This document shows, piece after piece, positions 39,700 through 48,705 of a stretch of DNA of 64,000 nt; position 1 is the stretch's first letter, and every line of letters begins with the position of its first letter. The position numbers and the translations under genes were made by a program. The notes under the pieces are model-generated. The model made no database searches. It had not been told where the DNA came from and was given only the letters and a program-made list of their open reading frames with translations. This DNA is from an uncultured virus (IMG/VR IMGVR_UViG_3300034374_009246) (lineage: Duplodnaviria; Heunggongvirae; Uroviricota; Caudoviricetes). The stretch is from the IMG/VR virus record IMGVR_UViG_3300034374_009246; one strand, written 5' to 3'.

Positions 39700-40602
39700 T
39701 TATATAGATAACAACATATCAACTAACTCTGGTTGAGGAAAAACATCTGTCTTATCTTTTCTAACATTACAATGAGAAAGAAGACCTTTTACTTTTCCTT
39801 CAAAAGCATCCTGATGAAAACCAAAAGCTTTAGTTGGACCAAACTTTTTAATCCAGGGAATTAAACCTTGATCAATATCTATATTGTCTCTGTTAGCAAT
39901 ATATAATAGCCATTTTTTTGTAGCTTCTATTTGTTTATTGCTATATCTATGATAATAAATTCTTTTTCTAAAAGGCTCTTCTAATTTAGATACCTGAGAT
40001 TCTATTGCTTGGGAACCAACATAAGTTTTGTAGTCTTCTGTTAGATAACCCATAGCACAAATTTCTAATCCTACAGAATGTTTATTCATATATGATGAAC
40101 CTGTTTTTCCTAAATGAAAGCCTTGACAACCTTCTGGAAAAGCTTGTACCATAACACCATCATATCTATCATCTCCAGTTTTATGATCCTGCCCACCTAA
40201 TACAAATTCAGTAGCTACCCTACCTCTATCATCTCTACCCCAAGAATCAATAGTAGCAAAAGGATTTGAATTACCTGCGGTATGATGTAAAAAAACATAG
40301 TCATTTTGAATTTTATAACTTTCTTTTACATATTCTCCTTTAGGTAAAAAATGCTTTTGTATAATTAACCCTTCATCTGTTGTATATTGAGATACATTTT
40401 TAAGATCTGTATCTAAAATACCCATAGCCTCCATAGTTTGTGGCCCAACAATACCATCTGCTGTTAAATTATTTTGTCTTTGCCAATGTACTATAGCATT
40501 CATTGTTTTGGGACCAAATATACCATCAGGCTTTACACCTACAACTTTCTGTATAATTTTAACAGTAGCTCTGTCAGAAGATCCTAGTTTAATAACACTC
40601 AT
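39700..40602 (-). CDS. Endolysin: PG-binding domain + N-acetylmuramoyl-L-alanine amidase (Amidase_2 type)
   Basis: DGIFGPKT..WQRQNNLTADGIVGPQT; FLHHTAG, SVGLEIC, SHCNVRKDKTD Zn-ligand motifs. Confidence 0.9.
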   Translation of the reverse strand: MSVIKLGSSDRATVKIIQKVVGVKPDGIFGPKTMNAIVHWQRQNNLTADGIVGPQTMEAMGILDTDLKNVSQYTTDEGLIIQKHFLPKGEYVKESYKIQNDYVFLHHTAGNSNPFATIDSWGRDDRGRVATEFVLGGQDHKTGDDRYDGVMVQAFPEGCQGFHLGKTGSSYMNKHSVGLEICAMGYLTEDYKTYVGSQAIESQVSKLEEPFRKRIYYHRYSNKQIEATKKWLLYIANRDNIDIDQGLIPWIKKFGPTKAFGFHQDAFEGKVKGLLSHCNVRKDKTDVFPQPELVDMLLSI

Positions 40603-40604
40603 AA

Positions 40605-40898
40605 CTATTCTGTTTTTTTAAGTTTTCTACTAACACTTTTTGCTGGAGGAGCAGGAGCTTTTTCTTGTAAGCGTTCTTCAGTCTCTTCATCTTGAGAAAA
40701 GAATTGAGATTGTTGAGCTATAGCTACTATTTTACGCAATCTATGCTCTTCAATGTCAGCTTGTAGCTGTTCATATTGATTTTGAACCTCTAAAAACTTA
40801 ATTTCTTCTGTGTAATGTGTAATTGCGTTTTTGCGGATTTGTGCAATTTGCTCTGAGGTAAGTTTTTGCTCAGAGTCTTGTTGTTGGTTTTTACTCAT
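40605..40898 (-). CDS. Hypothetical coiled-coil protein
   Basis: 97-aa ORF preceded by TATATTTG (40927-40934, minus strand). Confidence 0.5.
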   Translation of the reverse strand: MSKNQQQDSEQKLTSEQIAQIRKNAITHYTEEIKFLEVQNQYEQLQADIEEHRLRKIVAIAQQSQFFSQDEETEERLQEKAPAPPAKSVSRKLKKTE

Positions 40899-40980
40899 GA
40901 CGTTTAAAATTTTTTTGATTATATATCAAATATAACTAAAAATGTTTAAACTATACAAGTTTTACTTATAACAACTTAAT

Positions 40981-41409
40981 TTATTCTTTTTCTTTTAAAT
41001 TCTTTTTTGCAATTTCTCTTTCTTTCCAAAGAACCAGTTTAATTTTTTCCCAAAGATCATATCCTAGTATAATACTCATATTTTCAAATACGCTTTTAAC
41101 TTCTACTATAGCTATGATACCTGAAGTAACTTGTATCCATGGTAAAGCTGGTGTTAGATATACTTCTGCTACTTTGGATACAATAATTGCTAAAGGATAG
41201 ATTATTAATTTAGAAGTAATTCTTCCTGCCTTTCTAGAAGTAATAGGGATATTTAATTTAAGAGAAGCCCAAATGCCTGTTAATGTATCAGCAAATATCA
41301 AAAATGTAATAGCTAATATTGAAGATATTATATCTCCTATAAATAATGTTAAGAAAGCTAACACTTCTGGACAAAAACATTTTAAACCAAATATCTTAAA
41401 CTCTTTCAT
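40981..41409 (-). CDS. Holin (phage holin 4-like)
   Basis: FADTLTGIWAS..ITSRKAGRITSKLIIY..EVKSVFEN; near the endolysin. Confidence 0.75.
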   Translation of the reverse strand: MKEFKIFGLKCFCPEVLAFLTLFIGDIISSILAITFLIFADTLTGIWASLKLNIPITSRKAGRITSKLIIYPLAIIVSKVAEVYLTPALPWIQVTSGIIAIVEVKSVFENMSIILGYDLWEKIKLVLWKEREIAKKNLKEKE

Positions 41410-41813
41410 TATACAAACTGTGCTAAGTAATCCGTGACCATTGCCATGTATTTGTCTTTCCTTTCCTGTGTGAAGACTTCATCAACTGGTATGTTTGGAA
41501 GGTGTGTATTGATTGATTCAATAGCACCTGTCTGAGCAAAAGCAAGAATATCCCTAAACTTGACAAGAATAGCATCATTCTGCTCTTGTGTTGTACCCAT
41601 GATTCTATTGTCTTCAACAAAGATAAACACAAGGTCTTGACCAAACTGCATATCCATTTGCAACCTTTCTTGAATTGATGGTGGCGTATATGGAGCATAA
41701 AATTCTGCTGTATAACCTTCACCTAATGAATCAGCAAAAGCTTGTGCATCTTCAAGTGTTGCAAATTTTTTAACAACCTCCCAATAATCTTTTGATATTT
41801 TATATAAATTCAT
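41409..41813 (-). CDS. Fibre-associated small protein, copy 2 (possible assembly chaperone)
   Basis: 115/134 identical by manual count to 42478-42882. Confidence 0.55.
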   Translation of the reverse strand: MNLYKISKDYWEVVKKFATLEDAQAFADSLGEGYTAEFYAPYTPPSIQERLQMDMQFGQDLVFIFVEDNRIMGTTQEQNDAILVKFRDILAFAQTGAIESINTHLPNIPVDEVFTQERKDKYMAMVTDYLAQFV

Positions 41814-41816
41814 TTT

Positions 41817-42476
41817 TTATGGTTGTATTAAGGTGAATAATGCTGCTTTTGAATACTGATAAAAAAAGCTACTACTTGGTGTTATTTGTGTTAAATTTAT
41901 TGTTGTTGGCGTGCTACCAAAATCATAAGTAACTAATTCGCTATAAGATGTTAAAACAGATAAATTTGCAGTTCCTGTGTCAATATAACCATAGGTGTCT
42001 TGCTCAACATTATTATATGATGTTTGAAATCCACCAACATTTGAAATTACCCTAACAACATAAACTCCAGGAGTTAAATTTACATTACTTGCAAAATTAA
42101 CAAAATTCCATCCTGTTACTCCTGTTGTAGTATTTGTTTGAATTTCTTGAGGCATTGTAGCAACCAAATTCAATGTATCAGTTGTTATATCATACTTATA
42201 TAATGCACCATAACAAACACAAGTTGCATTAGTACTTAAAGCATTAATTGCAAAACCCATATTTTTAAGAGTACAATTTGACTCTATTCTTATAGGATTG
42301 TAAGATGCTCTATTACCTTGCCAATTTATTGTACTACCGCTTGATTGTGATTGACCAGCAAAATCTGTAACAGTTCCGTTCAAACTCCATGCATCAGAAA
42401 CGCTACCACCACCTCCACCAGTGCTGACTTCTTGAAAACCTAATTGTAATAAAGGATTATATTTTTGATTTGCCAT
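41817..42476 (-). CDS. Short fibre/receptor-binding-like protein
   Basis: Gly linker then a beta-rich domain paralogous to the C-terminus of 42942-43859. Confidence 0.5.
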   Translation of the reverse strand: MANQKYNPLLQLGFQEVSTGGGGGSVSDAWSLNGTVTDFAGQSQSSGSTINWQGNRASYNPIRIESNCTLKNMGFAINALSTNATCVCYGALYKYDITTDTLNLVATMPQEIQTNTTTGVTGWNFVNFASNVNLTPGVYVVRVISNVGGFQTSYNNVEQDTYGYIDTGTANLSVLTSYSELVTYDFGSTPTTINLTQITPSSSFFYQYSKAALFTLIQP

Positions 42477-42477
42477 A

Positions 42478-42882
42478 TCAATTAAATTGTGCTAAGTAAT
42501 CAGTTACCATCTGGATGTATTTATCTTTTCTTTCTTGTGTAAAGACTTCATCTGTTGGTATGTTTGGAAGATGCACATTGATTGATTCAATTGCACCAGT
42601 TTGTGCAAAGGCAAGAATGTCTCTAAACTTGACGAGTATGGCATCATTTTGTTCTTGTGTTGTACCCATTATTCTATTGTCTTCAACAAATACAAATACA
42701 AGATCTTGTCCAAATTGTATATCCATTTTAAGCCTTTCTTGGATTGTTGGTGGAGTATATGGTGCATAGTATTCTGCTGTGTATCCTTCACCAAGTGAAT
42801 CAGCAAATGCTTGTGCTGCTTCAAGGTTTTCAAATTTTTTAATACAAGACCAAAAGTCTTTAGATATTCTATAATAATTCAT
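42478..42882 (-). CDS. Fibre-associated small protein, copy 1 (possible assembly chaperone)
   Basis: Paralog of 41409-41813; each copy follows a fibre-like gene. Confidence 0.55.
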   Translation of the reverse strand: MNYYRISKDFWSCIKKFENLEAAQAFADSLGEGYTAEYYAPYTPPTIQERLKMDIQFGQDLVFVFVEDNRIMGTTQEQNDAILVKFRDILAFAQTGAIESINVHLPNIPTDEVFTQERKDKYIQMVTDYLAQFN

Positions 42883-42941
42883 TTTGTATATATTTATCTA
42901 TAAAATTAAATTCTATCCATAGGATAACTGCTTGTGGCAAA

Positions 42942-43859
42942 TTATGCTATTTCAAAATGTACTCTAAATTTATCTACTACATCATAAGGTGAAGGAACCA
43001 TTTGTGCAGATGTTAATGTTGCTGCAACGCTTCCATAATCATAAGTTGCACCTGATGTTTGTACTAATCCATAATACATACTTGTTCCACCTAAATTATG
43101 TCCAATTAATTCATAAGTTCCACTACTTGTAGATGTTGAATAACCCCAAGTTCCACCTATATTGTTTGCTAAAAATACACTCATATATAAACCTGGTTCA
43201 AGTGCATGTGGAATAGCCAATCTTGCTTCTTGCCAACCTGTTACACCTGTTGGGCTATAATCAAATTCAGCTGTTGGTTGAAATCTTAATTCCCAAATTT
43301 TAGTTGTAACATTAAATTTATATAATGCCGCATAGGCTTTTGCAGGACTATTAGTTGATAAAGATTTAATATTCATCTTTAATGCAGAAATACTTACAGG
43401 TGTTTCTATTCTAAATAATCTCCCCATTCTCCAACCGGTGTATGTACCTTGGTTACCATTTAGTGATCCTATTGCATTAACAGAAAAATCTATTGTTGCT
43501 CCAGGAATAGTATAAGCATCTGATGGTGTATAACCTCCACCACCACCAGAAGCATCAATTTGTACATCATCAGCATTTTGTGTAAGTGTAATGTTAGATC
43601 CTGCTCTTAATGTTCTAAACTCAAGATTACTTCCAACAACGGGTGTTTTAAGAACTTCACTACCTGCCCCTGTATTAGATGCATTAACACCACCACCAAT
43701 ACTATCTTTTATACTTTTAAAAGTAACCAAAGCATCGTTTACTTGTGGTGTTTTAGAGTTACCTGGTTTTCTTTTACCAACTATTAAAACGTCATTATCT
43801 TCTGGAGTTACTATAGTGTTTCTTCTAAATAACCCAAGTATTTCTTTTATTATATTCAT
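42942..43859 (-). CDS. Fibre/receptor-binding-like protein
   Basis: SNTGAGSEV..LEFRTLRAGSNITLTQ fibre-shaft motif, Gly linker, beta-rich tip. Confidence 0.6.
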   Translation of the reverse strand: MNIIKEILGLFRRNTIVTPEDNDVLIVGKRKPGNSKTPQVNDALVTFKSIKDSIGGGVNASNTGAGSEVLKTPVVGSNLEFRTLRAGSNITLTQNADDVQIDASGGGGGYTPSDAYTIPGATIDFSVNAIGSLNGNQGTYTGWRMGRLFRIETPVSISALKMNIKSLSTNSPAKAYAALYKFNVTTKIWELRFQPTAEFDYSPTGVTGWQEARLAIPHALEPGLYMSVFLANNIGGTWGYSTSTSSGTYELIGHNLGGTSMYYGLVQTSGATYDYGSVAATLTSAQMVPSPYDVVDKFRVHFEIA

Positions 43860-43860
43860 T

Positions 43861-44172
43861 TTATGATAAAGTTATGTCAGTTACGTAATAATCACCAGCT
43901 CCACTCAAAGTATAAGTAAATGTTTCTGTGACAGTTAAACCAAGAGAAGCACTAGAATATCTTATACTTGATACTCTTCTTAAAGTAGGATCATCAGGAT
44001 CAGCATAAGTAAAAGTTTTTACAAGATCATTTGCCTGATCCTGTAATTTTTTTAAATCTGCTGAAGCTCCTCCTAATGCATCATGAATTTTATTCATGAT
44101 TTTAATCATAGAAAACTGCCAATTATAATTAGATTTTCTATTTCCTTGGGTATTTTGATTACCGTATCCCAT
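43861..44172 (-). CDS. Hypothetical protein (probably structural)
   Basis: 103 aa, beta-rich C-terminus, abuts the fibre gene. Confidence 0.45.
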   Translation of the reverse strand: MGYGNQNTQGNRKSNYNWQFSMIKIMNKIHDALGGASADLKKLQDQANDLVKTFTYADPDDPTLRRVSSIRYSSASLGLTVTETFTYTLSGAGDYYVTDITLS

Positions 44173-44261
44173 GTATTTAAAGTTTATATATAAAGGAATA
44201 TGAGTTTTTACTCATACTTTAATATACCTAATTTAAATTAGATATCAAAAAATTATAATGA

Positions 44262-44290
44262 AAAAAGGTCCCCTGAGAAAGGACCTTTTT
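44262..44290. terminator. Potentially bidirectional intrinsic terminator
   Basis: AAAAAGGTCC-CCTGAGAAA-GGACCTTTTT perfect 10-bp inverted repeat. Confidence 0.65.
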
Positions 44291-44385
44291 ACCGAATCAA
44301 AGTTATGTATAAACGTAGTCTAATCTTTAAAAGCAGAAATAAGATTTGACACCTCTAATTTAAAATATTTTCTTCAAAAAGAAAA

Positions 44386-44835
44386 CTATAATTCATCTAA
44401 TGGTTCTTCAGGTAATTTTTTTTCAGCATTCTTTATAACCTTATTAACATTTCTAACAATGTCTTCAATAAGATATGCTTGTATTTCATTATTCTCACCG
44501 TTTACTTCAACACCTACAATATCCATAATATACCAACTCAAATGAACTGCTTCATGAACAACAGTACTCAAAACTGACGGGTGATCCTCCACATTAAAAT
44601 CAGAACCTGCTAACCCTACTAATAAACAAAGATGATTACCCAATTCGTCATGTTTTAGAAGAAAAGAGTATCCCAAAGCTCCGCTAGTTCTTGACTGAGA
44701 CAACTTCAAACCAGGATACATGCTTTCCGCATGCACTGTAGCATCCTTCATATTACTAGCGACAATAACCTCATACGAAACATGAAACAAAGGCACTTTT
44801 ACCTTTTCAGAATATACAGAAAAATATTCTTCCAT
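44386..44835 (-). CDS. Small zincin-like metallopeptidase
   Basis: HExxH motif (VVHEAVH) plus downstream NEIQAYL. Confidence 0.65.
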   Translation of the reverse strand: MEEYFSVYSEKVKVPLFHVSYEVIVASNMKDATVHAESMYPGLKLSQSRTSGALGYSFLLKHDELGNHLCLLVGLAGSDFNVEDHPSVLSTVVHEAVHLSWYIMDIVGVEVNGENNEIQAYLIEDIVRNVNKVIKNAEKKLPEEPLDEL

Positions 44836-44964
44836 AACACAATACTTTTAGTTTATACATAAGCCTAAATATACAAAAAATAATTCTTACCCCCATACAA
44901 ATTTAACCATATTATAACCCCCCAGGTGTTTTTTCATGTCAACTTATTTCAGTATATTATACTT

Positions 44965-45192
44965 ATGAAAAACCCATTAAGAACTAACTCTAAAAAACCT
45001 AAACATAGGCTAACAATACCTGCCAAAATGATGGCAGACATAGAACGCATGTTCAAAGATCCTAATGAGTCTAACATGGAAGCATTTGAAGAATTTAAGC
45101 AAACCCTAGTAGATGAAGAGATGTACACAATGCTTAAACAACTCTACGCCTTAGAAAAGTTCTACAAAATATACATCCCTTTCAAAAAGTAA
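44965..45192 (+). CDS. Hypothetical protein (start probably MKNPL)
   Basis: ATG 4 nt after GTATATTAT (44952-44960); first plus-strand gene. Confidence 0.5.
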   Translation: MKNPLRTNSKKPKHRLTIPAKMMADIERMFKDPNESNMEAFEEFKQTLVDEEMYTMLKQLYALEKFYKIYIPFKK

Positions 45193-45289
45193 TCTTGCCT
45201 TTTTAAAAAATTCTGGAATAGTGAATGTGTGGGGTCTTATATATTCAACTCCCCCACAAAAATTATACGGAGGCTACCCCCCGCACTTT

Positions 45290-45548
45290 CTGTAGCAGCA
45301 TGCGTGTTTTCCTGCGTCAAACACAAAAGCATGCTTTGCTAGCAGAAAGCTTTGCTCATGTCAGATGGCTTTGCCATCTGCCATTCAACTCATGCCAAAC
45401 CTCATTCATGTTTTGCTTGTGCAAGCACAAAGCAAACCATTCATGCTTTCTACAATGATCTTTGCAAGATCATAGTATAAAGGCGGTTTGTCAACTTCCC
45501 TTGCAAGCTTGCGCTTGCTGCGGTCAAATCAAGCTGCGCTTGTCAACC
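45290..45548. other. Non-coding palindrome cluster at the strand switch (candidate terminus/origin)
   Basis: CAGATGGC-TTT-GCCATCTG (45362-45380), TTTGCTTGTGC-AA-GCACAAAGCAAA (45412-45436), ATGATCTT-TGC-AAGATCAT (45455-45473); GC higher than flanks. Confidence 0.5.
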
Positions 45549-45594
45549 TTATGTAGTAACGCTATTCCTTTCTTGTCAGCAAATTATTAAAATT

Positions 45595-45759
45595 ATGGAA
45601 AATCTAACAGACTTATTAGAGTACGTAAAGCGTAATAACCTTCAAGAAGACTTCAACAAAGTCTTAGAAGTAATTACTTCTATTGAACCAGGAAAATCAA
45701 AAGATTTTTGGTTCATTTTAGGAAACTATGCTGTATGTATAGAAAAAGAGAAAGCTTAA
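45595..45759 (+). CDS. Small hypothetical protein (54 aa)
   Basis: Read manually: MENLTDLLEYVKRNNLQEDFNKVLEVITSIEPGKSKDFWFILGNYAVCIEKEKA; follows the repeat motif and ends in a terminator hairpin. Confidence 0.6.
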   Translation: MENLTDLLEYVKRNNLQEDFNKVLEVITSIEPGKSKDFWFILGNYAVCIEKEKA

Positions 45760-46106
45760 CAGCTTTCTTTTTTTTTTCCTTTCTTTTCAAAAAATGTTTA
45801 TACACATGACCATGCTATGCTAACATAGAGGGGGGATTGTGAGAGCTGTGACTAGTACTCACAGGAGAGGGAATGTAGGCCCTTAACATTTTTTTAAATA
45901 AAAGGCGTGTGTATGCTCTGTAGTGGAGCAAGCCAGCCTTATTAATATAGATGTGGATAGGAAACCACGTTAAAAAACTTGCCACGGCAATCTATAAGCG
46001 TAAGGATAGGACTTAGCAGTGCCTAAATAACACAAGAGGGGTAACTACCCAACTGCTATTTTTCCTTTCTTTTTTAAAAAAATTGTTAATCATAAAACTT
46101 CTAGCT

Positions 46107-46244
46107 ATGAAGAAATCTCTTTTTAGCCGTCTGCTTATTGACGGCATCCTGCACTACGTGCAGACCATCACATACTCTGACGGTAAGTCCGTCAAGCGCA
46201 TTGTTGACGGTCAAGGAAACTTGGTCAAAGTTGAAAAGCTTTGA
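46107..46244 (+). CDS. Small hypothetical protein (45 aa)
   Basis: Read manually: MKKSLFSRLLIDGILHYVQTITYSDGKSVKRIVDGQGNLVKVEKL; ATG 45 nt after the motif start. Confidence 0.55.
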   Translation: MKKSLFSRLLIDGILHYVQTITYSDGKSVKRIVDGQGNLVKVEKL

Positions 46245-46392
46245 CTCTCTTTGCCGTTAAGGTAGCTACGCCTAGTGGTGTGGCTACCATCAATGTTCTT
46301 GCTGCCAGTAAATGGCATGCCATGGACATTGTAAAGAATAAATTAATTGAAGGCAGAATCATATCTGCCAAACCTAAAAAAATATAATTGTT

Positions 46393-46668
46393 ATGAAAAA
46401 TTTCTTGAAAGAATTTGAGCTGGAAAAGAATCCAGCAAATTTATTCATGTTAATAGCTATTACTTCTGTATCAGCAGTAATAGCAATTAACTTGTTGATA
46501 GCTCTTGTGGGGTTACCTACAATTGTGTTTTGTTCAGCCTTCATATTATTTACAGCTTCAATAGCTGTAATGGTAGAACAGAAACAATGGACAATGTTGG
46601 CATTAATAATCTTTGGATTCTGCTGCATCATTTATGGTGTGGTACATCAAGCAGGATTAACTATGTAG
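46393..46668 (+). CDS. Small membrane protein (3 TM)
   Basis: Hydrophobic ORF followed by an AGAGGAGC-TTAT-GCTCCTCT-T run terminator. Confidence 0.6.
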   Translation: MKNFLKEFELEKNPANLFMLIAITSVSAVIAINLLIALVGLPTIVFCSAFILFTASIAVMVEQKQWTMLALIIFGFCCIIYGVVHQAGLTM

Positions 46669-46808
46669 TAGAGAGGAGCTTATGCTCCTCTTTTTTTGTA
46701 GGGAGTGGTATGTTATTACTATCATCTCCCAACCTTCTGTCAACCCAACATCAGACAGTATTCCTTTCTTTTTTATAAAATTATTATTCACTTTTTAATT
46801 CATAAACT

Positions 46809-47186
46809 ATGAAGAATTTATCATTGCCATTTGGCATCTCAGAAATTACAGGAACAGGCTTTTGGGCAGTTAAAATGACTGCAAAAATTAGCAATGCTGA
46901 TAGAGAAGAGTTGAAGAGCAGGTTCCATAACCTTATCGTAGCAGAGGTGCCAAGTAAAGACGGTGGAGAACCCACAACACACAAATTTACTATGGTATGC
47001 ACTTACCATGAAGTGTGGAAATTCTATGATTCGCTAAAGCTGGCAATCATAGAGCGCAAACTGGAAGACCTCCGTGATGCGCGTAATAAAATCAAAAACA
47101 AGTACGCAACCGTGCCTGTAGATGATGATGGAAGGCGTAGGTATGAGGAAATGGAGGATATCTTCTCTGATGAACTGCCGTGGTAA
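46809..47186 (+). CDS. Hypothetical early protein
   Basis: Motif 48 nt upstream; terminator hairpin TGAAGCCC-ATTTA-GGGCTTCA follows. Confidence 0.65.
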   Translation: MKNLSLPFGISEITGTGFWAVKMTAKISNADREELKSRFHNLIVAEVPSKDGGEPTTHKFTMVCTYHEVWKFYDSLKLAIIERKLEDLRDARNKIKNKYATVPVDDDGRRRYEEMEDIFSDELPW

Positions 47187-47280
47187 GAAAAAGGTTGAAG
47201 CCCATTTAGGGCTTCACCCTCTTTTTCAACTTTCCTTTCTTTTTTAAAATTATTTTTATTCACTTTTTAAATTATTAATT

Positions 47281-47703
47281 ATGGCACTTACAGCTAAAAT
47301 CTTGAGACAGTACAACAAGGATTACAACGGAGAAAAACGCACAATGTATGTGTACACCATTCACGGCAGCTCTGCCGAGGTAGCGGAGTATATCTCTGCA
47401 CAAGGAGAAAACTGCCAATACTCAGCAGAAAATCCTGAAATTCCTCTATTGTTTACGTCCCTGTACGTACAAGATGAAATGCCTGTGCGTTACAGCGCAT
47501 ACAACAAAAGGTATGCTCTAGACACCAATTTTGCTGAAAGATTACTATCTCAAGCAAAATACTTTGGTGCAGAAGAAACGTTCAGGGAGGCGTACGGCAA
47601 TATGCTAGCGCAACAACTTTCAGGAATCAAAATCTCCCAAGAACCTACCACACCTAAACTCACTCCAGCCGTTGAGGATGAAGAAGAGTTTCCATTTGAG
47701 TAA
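47281..47703 (+). CDS. Hypothetical early protein, paralog of 48706-49092
   Basis: Shares R.Y..NG..(Y/F)VY..G..E.AE..AQG..PL.FT; acidic tail ending EEFPFE. Confidence 0.65.
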   Translation: MALTAKILRQYNKDYNGEKRTMYVYTIHGSSAEVAEYISAQGENCQYSAENPEIPLLFTSLYVQDEMPVRYSAYNKRYALDTNFAERLLSQAKYFGAEETFREAYGNMLAQQLSGIKISQEPTTPKLTPAVEDEEEFPFE

Positions 47704-48068
47704 CCAATAAGGCCCGTGTAACAGCGGGTCTTTTTTAAATTATCAAATATGTTAGGTAGTCTTTTAATAACAGTTCTAATATGGATAATCTTTTACAAGG
47801 TTGCCATAGAAGAACCAAAACCATAAAAAAGACAGGTGATCCTCACGGAACACCTGTTTTTTTCTGAAGAAATGGCTTTGCAACAAGTTGCAAGTCATAT
47901 ATTTCAAGCATAAATGCTTGAAGGAAATGGTGTTCACTGCGTTCACGCTATGGTTTAATGATGCAAGACGCAAGCATTGCGCAAAGAGCTTTACTATCAT
48001 CATCCTCCTTCCTTCTACATTATACAGAATACAGAGGAAATCCAAGAAATTTTTTGTATATTAGAAAT

Positions 48069-48365
48069 ATGAGCAAACAGACAAATAAGAGAAACCGCAA
48101 CGCTGGCAAAAGCACAGGCAAAAGCAAGTCAGCAAAATACTTTGCTAAGAATCCCAAGGCAAGAGCAAAGAAGAATGCCTACAACAAAGAATACCACAGC
48201 ACACCAGAGCGCAAGAAATACAGAGCCAAGCTTAATAAGGTCACAAGAAAGAAGAGTATACCGGGTATGGACGTGTCCCACACTAAATCAGGCAAGCTAG
48301 TAAGAGAAAAGCGCTCTACTAACCGCGCTAGAAATGGTAAGAATGGCAAGTCTAGTAAGAAATGA
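48069..48365 (+). CDS. Small very basic HNH-like protein (start probably MSKQ)
   Basis: GMDVSHTKSGKLVREKRSTNRARNG resembles a minimal HNH-type motif; GTATATTAG at 48056-48064 precedes the ATG. Confidence 0.5.
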   Translation: MSKQTNKRNRNAGKSTGKSKSAKYFAKNPKARAKKNAYNKEYHSTPERKKYRAKLNKVTRKKSIPGMDVSHTKSGKLVREKRSTNRARNGKNGKSSKK

Positions 48366-48705
48366 ATCTCTGTCAACTCCTTTAAAGTCTTTTAAAGACT
48401 TTTAAAGTTATTTTTTCAACTCTTTTTTCAACTCTTTTTTTTTCCTTTCTTTTTATTAATATTTACTTGCGTTTTCTGCGCAAGTTTAGCTACGTCAGCT
48501 CTTATAGTCATACTGTAATTGAGCTATGTCAGCTTGTTTAGGGTAAAAAGTCTTTTAAAGTCATTTAAAGCCACTTTTTTTCCTTTCTTTTCCTTAATAT
48601 ATTTATTACAGCTCTATTAGCATAAGCGTTATGAGCAAGTAATGAATATATGTCAGAATCAGTAATCAATTTTTTAACCAACAATTTTTTAACCAAATCA
48701 AAATT

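Larger units (their letters stand above)
45565..48591 (+). repeat. Dispersed intergenic motif TTCCTTTCTT(TT), 7 copies
   Basis: Starts at 45565, 45776, 46062, 46761, 47232, 48442 and 48580; all intergenic, same strand. Confidence 0.85.

Noticed and set aside
41409..43859. Diversity-generating retroelement or invertase shufflon
   Set aside because: No reverse transcriptase or recombinase in the window, copies are in direct orientation, both are intact genes, and differences do not look adenine-specific.
800..43866. Short plus-strand ORFs within the late block (e.g. 800-1054, 2018-2317, 36229-36510)
   Set aside because: They lie antisense to long, well-supported minus-strand genes and have shadow-ORF composition.
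45225..45458. 77-aa ORF across the palindrome cluster
   Set aside because: Atypical composition, no motif support, and it overlaps dense inverted repeats; more likely non-coding.
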